Part shown: piece by piece, positions 18,722 through 27,434 of the stretch | Layout: the number at the start of each line of letters is the position of its first letter | How positions within the stretch are numbered: position 1 is the stretch's first letter | From: Xanthomonas campestris pv. campestris str. ATCC 33913 | GTDB lineage: Bacteria > Pseudomonadota > Gammaproteobacteria > Xanthomonadales > Xanthomonadaceae | Direction of reading: 5' to 3' | DNA: 32,000 bases | Assembly (NCBI RefSeq): GCF_000007145.1 | Contig: NC_003902.1 | Location: 4,046,497-4,078,496 of the forward strand | The notes under the pieces: model-generated | The model's database searches: none | The model's input: only the letters and a program-made list of their open reading frames with translations | Told to the model about the DNA's origin: nothing | Program-made: the position numbers and the translations under genes

Positions 18722-19789
18722 TCAGGCGGATTCGGGGGAGGGGGACTTGGCGGCCGGCGGTTGCGCCGGTGCAGTGGAGCCGCGCACCACCAACTGCGGC
18801 ACGAAGCCGCGGTTCTGCAGTTGCGCGGGCTGGTCGTCGTAGGCGTCGCTGCGCAGCTGGCTGATCAGCAGGCGTGCGGCGTGCCGCGCGATGTCTTCGG
18901 TGGCTTGCTTGGCGGTGGTCAGCGCCGGCCACGACTGCCGCGAGAACGGGCTGTCTTCGAACCCGGCGATCGACAACTGGTACGGCACGTTCATGCCGGT
19001 GGACTTGGCCGCGGCCAGCACGCCGGCAGCGATCTCGTCATTGCTGCCGAAGATGGCCGTGGGCGGCTCGCGCAGCGACAACAACCGGCGCGCACCACGG
19101 AACCCATCGTCGAAGGTGTAGTCGCCCGGAATCACCAGGTGCTTGTCCAGGCTGATGCCGTAATCCTTCAATGCAGCTTCGTAACCGGCGTAGCGCTCGC
19201 CGCTGGAGCGGTGCTGCGGGCCGCCCCACAAAAAGCCGATGCGCTGGTGTCCAAGCTGGATCAGATGCTCGGTGATTTCATAGGCGGCATCGCGGTCGTC
19301 GATGTACACGCACGGCCCATCGCCCGGGTCGGTGGTGGAGGCGATGATGCGCACGCTCTTGATGCCTCGCGCGGCCAGGCCGGCCAGCAATTCGGGGCGC
19401 TCGGACATCGGCGCGGTCAGCACCACGCCGGCCAGGCGCGAGCGCTGCACCCATTCGGCCAGTTCTTCGGCCAGCAGCGGCGAAGTGGAATCGCAGGGAT
19501 GGATCTGCAACCCGAACCCGGTTTCGCGGCAGGCGGCCAACACGCCGTTCTGGATGCCGATGATGTGGTACGGGTTGGGGTTGTCGTAGACCAGGCCGAT
19601 CACGAACGGCGTGCCGCTGCGCAGGTTGCGCGCGGACGGATCGGGTTCGTAATCGAGATCGGCGATGGCGCGCAGCACGCGCGCGCGCGTGGCCTGCATC
19701 ACTGAAGGTTCGTTATTGATCACGCGCGACACGGTCTTCAAGGAGACCTTGGCGCGCTCGGCGACATCTTTGATGGTGGGCCTGCGCAT
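18722..19789 (-). CDS. nagR: LacI-family transcriptional repressor of GlcNAc utilisation
   Basis: Encodes 355 aa from the ATG at 19789, which gives the typical LacI N-terminus MRRPTIKDVAERAKVSLKTVSRVIN (HTH) followed by a periplasmic-binding-protein-like sugar-binding domain. An alternative ATG at 19819 would add 10 aa. Confidence 0.85.
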   Translation of the reverse strand: MRRPTIKDVAERAKVSLKTVSRVINNEPSVMQATRARVLRAIADLDYEPDPSARNLRSGTPFVIGLVYDNPNPYHIIGIQNGVLAACRETGFGLQIHPCDSTSPLLAEELAEWVQRSRLAGVVLTAPMSERPELLAGLAARGIKSVRIIASTTDPGDGPCVYIDDRDAAYEITEHLIQLGHQRIGFLWGGPQHRSSGERYAGYEAALKDYGISLDKHLVIPGDYTFDDGFRGARRLLSLREPPTAIFGSNDEIAAGVLAAAKSTGMNVPYQLSIAGFEDSPFSRQSWPALTTAKQATEDIARHAARLLISQLRSDAYDDQPAQLQNRGFVPQLVVRGSTAPAQPPAAKSPSPESA

Positions 19790-19829
19790 ACTCGTGCCTT
19801 GTTCGTCTGAACGCATCATGCCGCTTCAC

Positions 19830-21107
19830 TCATTTCGGTTGAGCCGGCAGCCCCACACGGTGGCCGCGCAGCGAATAGAACAGGATGTACAGGTAGCACG
19901 GCACCATCAGCGCGGCGAACACCACCTGGAAGTCGTAATGCTGTTTGAGAATGGCGAACAGCTGCGGAATGATCGCGCCGCCGGCAATGCCCATCACCAG
20001 CAGCGCCGAACCGATCTCGGTGAACCGGCCCAGGCCGCGGATGGCCAGCGGAAAGATCGCCGGCCACATCATGGCGTTGGCAAAACCGAGCGCGGCCACG
20101 AACCCCACCGACACATAGCCGTGGGTGAACAGCGCCCCCAGCGAGAACAGCACGCCCAGCAGCGCAGACACGCTCAGGTAGCGCGCCTGCGAAATCACCC
20201 GCGGAATCAGCACCAGGCCGGCGATATAGCCCAGCAACATTGCGCCCAGCGTGTAGGAGGTGAACAGCTTGGTGCTGTCCAGCGGCAAATTGAAGCCGTG
20301 TCCGTAAGTGCCGATGGCATCGCCGGCCATCACTTCCACACCGACATACACGAACAGGCACAACACGCCCAGCCACAGATGCGGGAACTGGAAGATGCTG
20401 GACTTCTGCGCCGCGCCACCGCTGCCCGGCGTGGCATTGGCTTCGGAGGCCTTGAGTTCGGGCAGCGGCGAGAACAACACGCCCACCGCCAGCACCAGCA
20501 ACACGCCGGACATCACCAGATATGGTGCATGGATCTTGGCGGCAAACGCGTTGAGCAGTTGCTGCTTGGTCGCCGCATCGGCCGCGGCCACCTGCGTGGA
20601 GAGATCGCCGATGCCATGCAGCACCAGCGAGCCGATCAGGATCGGCGCCAGGATGCCGGCAATCTTGTTACAGATGCCCATCAGCGCGATGCGCCGCGCC
20701 GCACTTTCGATTGGCCCGAGAATACTGATGTATGGGTTGATCGCGGTCTGCAACAACGCCAGGCCGCTACCGATCACGAACATGCCGGCCAGTGCGCCCG
20801 GATACCAGCGTTGCGTAGCGAATTGCCCGAATGCTGCGGCGCCCAGCGCCATCACCACCAGACTCAGCGCCAGGCCTTTTTTCATGCCGGTGCGCTTGAG
20901 GATCCATGACGAGGGCAGCGCCAGTAAGAAGTACGACAGGTAGAACACCATCAGCACCAGGAACGCATTGACCTCGTTGAGGTCGAACGCCAGCCGCACG
21001 AAGGTGATCAGCGGCCCGTTGATCCAGGTGAAAAAGCCGATGATGAAAAACAGCACGCCGACGATGGCGATCGAGACAACGGGATTTGCGGGCCTGGCGG
21101 TAGTCAT
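19830..21107 (-). CDS. nagP: MFS sugar permease of the glucose/galactose/fucose (FHS) subfamily, GlcNAc permease
   Basis: Encodes 425 aa with about 12 predicted TM helices. The N-terminus IAIVGVLFFIIGFFTWINGPLI is typical of GluP/FucP-like transporters. The gene lies between nagQ and nagR. Confidence 0.85.
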   Translation of the reverse strand: MTTARPANPVVSIAIVGVLFFIIGFFTWINGPLITFVRLAFDLNEVNAFLVLMVFYLSYFLLALPSSWILKRTGMKKGLALSLVVMALGAAAFGQFATQRWYPGALAGMFVIGSGLALLQTAINPYISILGPIESAARRIALMGICNKIAGILAPILIGSLVLHGIGDLSTQVAAADAATKQQLLNAFAAKIHAPYLVMSGVLLVLAVGVLFSPLPELKASEANATPGSGGAAQKSSIFQFPHLWLGVLCLFVYVGVEVMAGDAIGTYGHGFNLPLDSTKLFTSYTLGAMLLGYIAGLVLIPRVISQARYLSVSALLGVLFSLGALFTHGYVSVGFVAALGFANAMMWPAIFPLAIRGLGRFTEIGSALLVMGIAGGAIIPQLFAILKQHYDFQVVFAALMVPCYLYILFYSLRGHRVGLPAQPK

Positions 21108-21152
21108 GGATCGGCTGGCTCTAGGTTGTCGTGCGGGGGAATGCCGTCGGCG

Positions 21153-21908
21153 TCAGCGGCGCAGTTCGGCGACGAAGTCGTAGAAGTCGTTGTGGCAATA
21201 GGTGTCGGTGAGTTCGATCGCGCTGCCGTCGCGGGTGTAGCCCACGCGCACCACATGCAGGATCGCCTCGCCGGTCTTCATGCGCAGGTGTTCGGCCAGC
21301 CGTGCCGGCAGATTGATCGCGCGGAAGTACTGCAGCGCACGCACCACCGGGGTGCCTTGCGCATCGAGAAAACTGTAGAGCGAATCGCCCACCTGCTCCG
21401 GGTCGGCGACCACGCGCTGCGGCAACACGGCGTGTTCGTAGGCCATGACGCGGTCATCGGCGCTGCGCAGGCGGGTGAGCGAGGCGACCGCCGCATCCGG
21501 CGACAGCCCCAGGCGCAGGATTTCCTCGCCATGCGCGGGCCGCAGGCGCCGTTCCAGCCACTTGGTGCCGGGCTCGTAGCCTTTGATGCGCAGCGTCTCA
21601 CTGAAACTGGTCAAGCCGCTGAGCTGGTGCTGGATATGCGAGGTGACAAAGGTGCCGGCGCCCTGGCGACGCGAGACCAGGCCTTGCTCGACCAGCGCAT
21701 CCACCGCCTGGCGCAAGGTGACCCGCGAAATCTGCAGCCGCTCGCACAGCTGGCGCTCGGCGGGCAGCGCTTCGCCGGCCTTCCAGTGGCCACCGCGGAT
21801 CGCCTCGCCGAGCTTGGCGGCCAGCTGCAGGTACAGCGGTGTGGGCGCGGAGGCGTCAAGACGCAGGTCGTCCAGTCGCTTGTCCCCCTCCGCGTTGGCC
21901 TTGGCCAT
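21153..21908 (-). CDS. nagQ: GntR/HutC-family transcriptional regulator (winged HTH plus UTRA effector domain)
   Basis: Encodes 251 aa from the ATG at 21908. The wHTH is LPAERQLCERLQISRVTLRQAVDALVEQGLVSRRQGAGTFV, and the C-terminal domain is UTRA-like. The track start at 22013 would run through the operator-like repeats, so the shorter start is preferred. Confidence 0.85.
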   Translation of the reverse strand: MAKANAEGDKRLDDLRLDASAPTPLYLQLAAKLGEAIRGGHWKAGEALPAERQLCERLQISRVTLRQAVDALVEQGLVSRRQGAGTFVTSHIQHQLSGLTSFSETLRIKGYEPGTKWLERRLRPAHGEEILRLGLSPDAAVASLTRLRSADDRVMAYEHAVLPQRVVADPEQVGDSLYSFLDAQGTPVVRALQYFRAINLPARLAEHLRMKTGEAILHVVRVGYTRDGSAIELTDTYCHNDFYDFVAELRR

Positions 21909-21935
21909 GGGTGTTCTCACCTGGCAGGATTCGTT

Positions 21936-21971
21936 AGGTCCAATATAGTACCAATCGGCGTCGGCATACCA
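21936..21971 (-). promoter_or_regulatory. Direct-repeat operator candidate (NagQ box-like) overlapping a -10-like hexamer
   Basis: Read on the minus strand: TGGTATG (21971-21965), 11 nt, TGGTACT (21953-21947), ATAT, then TGGACCT (21942-21936). The last two repeats, spaced 4 nt apart, match my recollection of the NagQ box as TGGTATT direct repeats separated by 4 nt. TATATT within TACTATATTGG is a good -10 hexamer about 30 nt upstream of the nagQ ATG. Confidence 0.5.
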
Positions 21972-22240
21972 GCCCTGTGCCCGGACGCGACGGGTAGGCC
22001 TGTCATCTGTCATGGCGCCGCGCCCAAAGAAAGGGATGGGTAGCTACGGAAGGTCAGTGAGGAGACGGGACGGTTAGCCCTTCGAGCTATGGCGTTGACT
22101 GGCGTATCGCGGCCACTCAAGGTGAGTGGAAGCAGACCAATTCAGCCGCTGCACAGACCAGCGCGCTGTCTGGCAGGGGCGCGTCCGTCCTCCATCCCAT
22201 CGGTAGAAAACGTGCAGCCGGCTACGTGGATGGCGCGCCG

Positions 22241-22957
22241 TTACAGCGTGCCCTGATCAACACGAAGCAGGCGGCGCTCCTGCGTTGGCACAAACCCCAG
22301 CAATTGCAGACCGAGGTGCAGGGCGGTGTCGCTGCCGGGGTCGACCTGGGTGCGCCATTGCCAGTGGCCGTCGTGTTGCAGGCGCAACTCCGCGCTGAGC
22401 TGCATGCCATCGGGCATCCCGCCATCTGGCTGCAGTGCAAGTTCCACCACAGCGTCATTGCAGCGCGGGCTGCCGCGCAGGCGCAGCGGCAGCAGGCCGG
22501 CCGCTTCGCCAGCGCTGGTTGGCACGATCTGCACGGTCACCTCTCCTGCGGCCTGTACGCAGCGGGTGGCGTCGAACACGGCCTGCACCTGCCGCAGGTC
22601 CACTGCCAGATCCAGCAAGGTGATGCCACCGGGTTTGCGCAGCAACACGCGCCCGTTGCCTTGGTCGATGCCATGGCGCGCACCTTGCAGGGCGATGAGC
22701 GCTGCCGTGGACGTGGCGAGCCGCACGTGCTGCTGGCCGCGCACCAGCGGCCACGGCTGCAGGGCCACCTGCACATCGCCGATGGGCTGCGCCTTCCAGG
22801 TGACGCCGCGCAAGCTGCCGTTCCAGATCGAGCCTTGCGCCTCCAGCACCGCGATCGGCAGCGACTGTGCAGGCAGCACCCACCGCAACGGCAAGGTGGC
22901 AATGACAATGGCGATCAGCACACCGAGCACCAGCAACGACCAGCGCAGCAGCCTCAT
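22241..22957 (-). CDS. gspN: Type II secretion system protein N (Xcs-type cluster)
   Basis: Encodes 238 aa with a single N-terminal TM anchor, MRLLRWSLLVLGVLIAIVIATL. It is the last gene of the gsp string, with an ATGA start/stop overlap with gspM. The assignment rests mainly on position, size and topology. Confidence 0.75.
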   Translation of the reverse strand: MRLLRWSLLVLGVLIAIVIATLPLRWVLPAQSLPIAVLEAQGSIWNGSLRGVTWKAQPIGDVQVALQPWPLVRGQQHVRLATSTAALIALQGARHGIDQGNGRVLLRKPGGITLLDLAVDLRQVQAVFDATRCVQAAGEVTVQIVPTSAGEAAGLLPLRLRGSPRCNDAVVELALQPDGGMPDGMQLSAELRLQHDGHWQWRTQVDPGSDTALHLGLQLLGFVPTQERRLLRVDQGTL

Positions 22958-23406
22958 GGCGTGATGCCCTCGAAGCGACAGCGCACCTGCAACTGCTGCG
23001 CGTGGCGGGTGATCTGCAGTTGCGTGGGCGCTAAGCCATGCGCAGTGCGCAGGCGTTCCAGCCAGGCGAATAACGCCGGGCTGTTGACGGCATCAATCTG
23101 CAGTTCGACTGCGCCGGCCACCGCACGCGGCGCCGGGACAATAGCCACGCCGGCATCGCGTGCGGCCTGCAGGATGTCCGCCAAGGTCACCACCGCGCTG
23201 CGTTGCCGGCCCTGTGCGTCGAGCAAGGCTTGCGCGGCGGTGTCATAGCGCGCCTGCGCTGTGCTGCGCCATTGCCGCAGCGGCACGAGGATGGCGTACC
23301 ACGCGATGAAGGCAGCGATTGCCGCGCCCATCACGGCCAGCATCACCCGCTCGCGCGGTGCGCGCTGTTGCCACCAACGATGGCTGCGGTGTCGCAAGGC
23401 GGTCAT
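22954..23406 (-). CDS. gspM: Type II secretion system protein M
   Basis: Encodes 150 aa. A basic N-terminus is followed by one TM helix (VMLAVMGAAIAAFIAWYAILV) and then a small periplasmic domain. There are ATGA overlaps with both gspL and gspN. Position and size are typical of GspM. Confidence 0.8.
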   Translation of the reverse strand: MTALRHRSHRWWQQRAPRERVMLAVMGAAIAAFIAWYAILVPLRQWRSTAQARYDTAAQALLDAQGRQRSAVVTLADILQAARDAGVAIVPAPRAVAGAVELQIDAVNSPALFAWLERLRTAHGLAPTQLQITRHAQQLQVRCRFEGITP

Positions 23407-24470
23407 CGGGGTGGCTCCAATTCCAAGGGGGTCTGCAGCCTGGTCTCGACCGCCTGGCTGCTGGCCGGGCGCACCTGCCAGCCGGCGCTGCGCAAGCGTG
23501 CCAGCAATTGCTGCAATTGCGCGTCATCGTCATGCACCAGCGTTGCGCGCACTGGCTGCGCTTGCTGATACGCCAGCATGTCGAGCTCGGCGCCGGGCAC
23601 GCTATCGACCGCGGCGATCACCGCGGCGAGCTGCGCTGCGAACGCATCGGCCGACACCGGCGTTGCGCCGGTGGCTTGCACGCCCTGCACCGCCACAGCG
23701 CGGCGCTGCAACAGCTGCGCGCCGATCTCATAACGCAGTGCCTGCGCACCCAGCAACAGCAGCGGCGAGATCAGCAGCAACACGCCAAGCCATGCGAGCC
23801 TGCGCGGCGTCAGCCCGCGCCGCTGCGGCGTGGCGCGTGCGAAGGCATGCTGCCGCAATTCGATCGGTGCCTGCGCCACATGGCGAGCGAAGACGGCAAT
23901 GACCTGCGCTGGATCATCCAGAGGCGGAAGCGGCGACGGATGGCCCTGTGCGTCGAGCACCAGCTGCGCGGTCTCCGGCTCCAGGCTGCAGGCCAGGCGT
24001 GCGCCACGCACCAGCCAACGCCCGTCCCACTGCACAACCGTCGGTGGCGCATCAGCGTCCACCGTGGGCAGCAGCAGACACTCCGGCACCACGCTATCGG
24101 GCACGATGCCGTGCTGCGCGGCACGTTCCAGCCACTGTTGCAGGGTTGCCTGCTCCACTGCGGCCACCAGGCGCGTGCCATCGGCCTGCGCGTTGGCCGC
24201 AATCACCACATGCAGCGTGCTGACATCGCTGGCCAGATGCTCGGCCAGTTGCAGGCGCGCGGCCGCCAACGATTGTGCCGGGCTGCGCCCGGGCAGGGCC
24301 AGCCAGCGCAAGTGCACCTGCGTGCCCGGCACCACCAGCACCGTGCGCGCCGCGGGTGTGAGCGGCGCAGCGCCGGCGGCATGGACGTGCACATGCCCCT
24401 GCGCATCCACATGCACGGCGGTGGCGGCTGTGCCTGCATCGGCCGGCAGCAACAGCAAGGTGGTACTCAT
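23403..24470 (-). CDS. gspL: Type II secretion system protein L
   Basis: Encodes 355 aa from the ATG at 24470 (ATGA overlap with the gspK stop). The product has an N-terminal cytoplasmic domain (MSTTLLLLPADAG...), a central TM segment (LAWLGVLLLISPLLLLGAQAL) and a periplasmic C-terminus. The track ORF to 25097 is an out-of-context extension inside gspK. Confidence 0.8.
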   Translation of the reverse strand: MSTTLLLLPADAGTAATAVHVDAQGHVHVHAAGAAPLTPAARTVLVVPGTQVHLRWLALPGRSPAQSLAAARLQLAEHLASDVSTLHVVIAANAQADGTRLVAAVEQATLQQWLERAAQHGIVPDSVVPECLLLPTVDADAPPTVVQWDGRWLVRGARLACSLEPETAQLVLDAQGHPSPLPPLDDPAQVIAVFARHVAQAPIELRQHAFARATPQRRGLTPRRLAWLGVLLLISPLLLLGAQALRYEIGAQLLQRRAVAVQGVQATGATPVSADAFAAQLAAVIAAVDSVPGAELDMLAYQQAQPVRATLVHDDDAQLQQLLARLRSAGWQVRPASSQAVETRLQTPLELEPPR

Positions 24471-25459
24471 TGATCGGAACTCCATTGACGCGCCACCAGG
24501 CGGATCCGCCCGGCTGGCGCTTGTTGTAGCAACGCTTCCAGCATGACCTCGGCACCCGCGTAGTCGACCTGGCTGTAGAGCGAAAAATATTCGGTGCGCA
24601 GCACGATCTGTTCGTACATCGCATCGGGCACGGTGACCTGCAGCAATGCCGGCTGGCGGAAGAACGCCTGCACGTCGCGCCACCCGCCGGCCGGGCGCGC
24701 AGCAATGAGGCGGCGCGCCGCGCCCAGGTCTAGCGTGCCTTCGGCGATGGCCACCAGCACGGCCGCATCGGTGGCGCGCAGCGTGTTGATGTTCACCTGC
24801 GACAGGCGCCCACTCGGCAGCGCGCACACATGCGGCTGCAGGCGCGCCAGCAATGCGGGGGTATAGCCAGCAATGGCGCGCAGTTCGCTCACACCTGCCA
24901 GCAAGGTGTCGCCGGTGCGCAGCGGCAGCGCAGACTGCAGATATGCGGCGTCCTCTGCGCCCTGTGCGCCGGGTTGCTGGTCGCTGTCGATCCAGTCCAC
25001 CAAGGCGTCGGCCAGCGCATCGGCCTGCGCAGGCGCGATGCCGAGCGTGCGCAACAAGACCACGTACTGGCGCACGCCTTCTTCGCTGCGTTGCCATTGC
25101 TCGGCCGCGCCGAACACCACGCTGTTGAGGTTGAAGCAGCTGCCGCGGTCGCGCAGGCGCAGTTGCACGCTGCCGCCCTCCAGCGGAAAGCTGAGCGGTT
25201 GGTCATCCCACCCGCCGTCCAGCGTGGTGCGCAGCGGGTCGCGCCTGGACAGGGTCTGCAGTCGCTGACGCGCAAATGCTTCGCTGCCCAGCGCATACCA
25301 CTGCGCCTGCGTCATGGCCTCGCCGTTGCCGCTGCGGCGCAAGCCAAAACGCAAGTCATCCAGCACCGCAACCATCAGCACGGTCATCACTGCCACCAAC
25401 AGCAACACGGTGAGCAAGGCTACGCCGCGCTGCCGGTGAGCCCCCCCACGCCCGCTCAT
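24467..25459 (-). CDS. gspK: Type II secretion system minor pseudopilin K
   Basis: Encodes 330 aa from the ATG at 25459 (ATGA overlap with the gspJ stop). The N-terminus MSGRGGAHRQRG|VALLTVLLLVAVMTVLMVAV is the GspK-type prepilin-like segment lacking Glu5. The large size is typical of GspK. Confidence 0.85.
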   Translation of the reverse strand: MSGRGGAHRQRGVALLTVLLLVAVMTVLMVAVLDDLRFGLRRSGNGEAMTQAQWYALGSEAFARQRLQTLSRRDPLRTTLDGGWDDQPLSFPLEGGSVQLRLRDRGSCFNLNSVVFGAAEQWQRSEEGVRQYVVLLRTLGIAPAQADALADALVDWIDSDQQPGAQGAEDAAYLQSALPLRTGDTLLAGVSELRAIAGYTPALLARLQPHVCALPSGRLSQVNINTLRATDAAVLVAIAEGTLDLGAARRLIAARPAGGWRDVQAFFRQPALLQVTVPDAMYEQIVLRTEYFSLYSQVDYAGAEVMLEALLQQAPAGRIRLVARQWSSDQ

Positions 25460-26055
25460 TCGCTCCCCTCCGGCACCAGGAACAATTGCCGCACGCGGCC
25501 CCAGTCCTGCATTTCCAACTCCAGTGCCACCGCATCCGGCAGCGCTGCCACACCACCGCTCCAGCCATCGCTCCATTGCGCGCGGTAATGAAATCCCACG
25601 GTGGCCGCACGCACGCCACGCAGCAGCACCTGTGGTGCGCCGGTCACTGCACCATCCAGCGCCGGACGTGCGCTGCGCTCGAGCCGGTCCTCCACCAGCC
25701 GGTATTCCACGTACTGCAGCGATGCACGCGGCGCCTGGTCCGGATTGCTCCAGCCGCGTCGCACGAACGCCAGCAACGGGCCTTGTGCGCCGGGTGGTGT
25801 GGCGACAAAGGCAGTCCGCGCAGGCACGCCATCACTGCCACGGGTGCGCCGCACCGCGGCCTGTTGCAGATCACTGCGTAGCAGGCCGTGCGCAATCTGG
25901 AAATCGCGCAGCTGCTGCAGCCGCGCCTGCACCGCAGCGCGCTGCTCGATGCTTTGCCGCAACACCCCCACTGCCGCGGCAGCCACCAACGCAAACACCG
26001 CCAACGCCACCAGCAGTTCGATCAAGGTGAAACCAGCGGCGCGGCGCAGGCGCAT
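25456..26055 (-). CDS. gspJ: Type II secretion system minor pseudopilin J
   Basis: Encodes 199 aa from the ATG at 26055 (an alternative GTG is at 26058). The prepilin signal is MRLRRAAG|FTLIELLVALAVF. The start overlaps the gspI stop (TGATG). Confidence 0.85.
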   Translation of the reverse strand: MRLRRAAGFTLIELLVALAVFALVAAAAVGVLRQSIEQRAAVQARLQQLRDFQIAHGLLRSDLQQAAVRRTRGSDGVPARTAFVATPPGAQGPLLAFVRRGWSNPDQAPRASLQYVEYRLVEDRLERSARPALDGAVTGAPQVLLRGVRAATVGFHYRAQWSDGWSGGVAALPDAVALELEMQDWGRVRQLFLVPEGSE

Positions 26056-26426
26056 CACTCCGTACTCCGCACGACCTGCAGGCTGGCCAGTTCCTGCGCC
26101 TGCCCGGCCGCGTGCACGCTGATGGCGATGCGCAGCATGCCCTGCCCGGCGGGTGTTGCCGTGCGCTTCCAGTCCCAGCCGCGCGCACCGGCTGATTCCT
26201 GCCCTGCGGCAGGTGCCGCGGCAACGGCCGCCGGTGCAAGCAGTGCTTCAATCGCCTGGTTTTCCGCCACCACTGCGGCAAGCGCGCGCTCTTCCAGAAT
26301 CACCGCGGTGCGCGTGCTTTCGCCGGACAGATTCAACAGCCCCACCACCGCCATGCCGAAGATCGCCAACGCGACCAGCAGTTCCAGCAGCGAGAACCCT
26401 GCCTGGGTGTCAGCGCGCCGCTGCAT
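26055..26426 (-). CDS. gspI: Type II secretion system minor pseudopilin I
   Basis: Encodes 123 aa from the ATG at 26426. The prepilin signal is MQRRADTQAG|FSLLELLVALAIFG. It overlaps the gspH 3' end by 17 nt. The track start at 26453 would add 9 aa. Confidence 0.85.
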   Translation of the reverse strand: MQRRADTQAGFSLLELLVALAIFGMAVVGLLNLSGESTRTAVILEERALAAVVAENQAIEALLAPAAVAAAPAAGQESAGARGWDWKRTATPAGQGMLRIAISVHAAGQAQELASLQVVRSTE

Positions 26427-26934
26427 CGACCCGCACCGTGCCCACTGCATCAACCACCACCTGCACGCGTTGCTGGCCCTGCCCCAACACCAGACGCTGC
26501 GGCGTGGCGGCGCCGGTCGGGTCGAAACGCACGCTCACCTGCGTTACACCCTCCGGCAGCTGCGTGCGCACCCCTTCCGGCCACTGCACGGGCGTAAACG
26601 GCACCTGGTCCAGTGCCACCCAGCGCTCACGTGCCTGGCGGCGGAAGGCATAGCCCCCGGCGCTGAGCACCACCTCGGTCATGCGCAGGCTCAGGATGGC
26701 CTCATCGCGCGCATGCGACAGCGCGGTGGCCAGCGCATCGGCCTGGTCGGGCAACGTGCGCTGCGTGTCGGGCAGGGTCAGCAGCACCACGGTGCTGGCC
26801 AGCGCGGTGATCACCAGCACGGCCAGTACTTCGAGCAGGGTGAAGCCCGGCGCATTGCGCGCGCACGGCAGCGCGGCGCGCATGCGCGTTTGCGGCGCAT
26901 GGGAGCCACTCGATGCTAGCGCGCGCGCGGCCAT
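26410..26934 (-). CDS. gspH: Type II secretion system minor pseudopilin H
   Basis: The prepilin-like motif is NAPG|FTLLEVLAVLVITALAS. Starting at ATG 26934 gives 174 aa with a 30-aa leader. Starting at ATG 26883 gives 157 aa with a 13-aa leader (MRAALPCARNAPG). Neither start has a convincing SD, so the start is ambiguous. Confidence 0.8.
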   Translation of the reverse strand: MAARALASSGSHAPQTRMRAALPCARNAPGFTLLEVLAVLVITALASTVVLLTLPDTQRTLPDQADALATALSHARDEAILSLRMTEVVLSAGGYAFRRQARERWVALDQVPFTPVQWPEGVRTQLPEGVTQVSVRFDPTGAATPQRLVLGQGQQRVQVVVDAVGTVRVDAAAR

Positions 26935-26943
26935 CCCTGCGAC

Positions 26944-27408
26944 TCAGCGCCAGTTGCCGATATCGGCGTTGTCGGCATCGCCGCCTTCGGCACCATCGGC
27001 GCCGAACGAATACACATCGAAGCCGCCGCTGCGCCCGGGACGGCGGTACTGGTAGGCGTGACCCCACGGGTCTTCCGGCAGCCGGCGGATGTAGCCGCCC
27101 TGGCGGTAGCGTTCCGGCCGGCTCAGGCCGCCGGGCGCGCTCAACAAGGCCTGCAGGCCCTGCTCGGTGCTGGGATAGGTGAGGTTGTCCAGGCGATAGG
27201 TTTCCAGCGCCTGCTCCAGCACGGCGACATCGGCGCGCGCCTTTTCCACCATGGCGCGGTCCTGGCTGGGCATCACGTTGATCATCACCACCGTGGCCAG
27301 CAAGCCGATGATGACGATGACCACCATCAACTCGACCAGGGTGAACCCGCGCGCCGCACGGCGCGAGGCGGTGCACGGGGAAACGCGGCGAAACGACATA
27401 CGCGACAT
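26944..27408 (-). CDS. gspG: Type II secretion system major pseudopilin G
   Basis: Encodes 154 aa from the ATG at 27408 (GGAGAG lies just upstream). The sequence RG|FTLVELMVVIVIIGLLATVV is followed by conserved GspG core motifs: YRLDNLTYPSTEQGLQAL, PEDPWGHAYQY, and a C-terminal acidic Ca-binding-like loop GGDADNADIGNW. The track ORF to 28524 is an out-of-frame run through gspF. Confidence 0.92.
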   Translation of the reverse strand: MSRMSFRRVSPCTASRRAARGFTLVELMVVIVIIGLLATVVMINVMPSQDRAMVEKARADVAVLEQALETYRLDNLTYPSTEQGLQALLSAPGGLSRPERYRQGGYIRRLPEDPWGHAYQYRRPGRSGGFDVYSFGADGAEGGDADNADIGNWR

Positions 27409-27434
27409 GAGACTCTCCGAATACGCGGCTGCCA

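Noticed and set aside
16044-20909. Three long + strand ORFs (16044-17774, 17648-19705, 19665-20909)
   Set aside because: They are antisense to the S41 peptidase 5' end, nagA, nagB-II, nagR and nagP. Their translations are dominated by Arg/Gly/Ala/His/Gln runs with no domain signatures.
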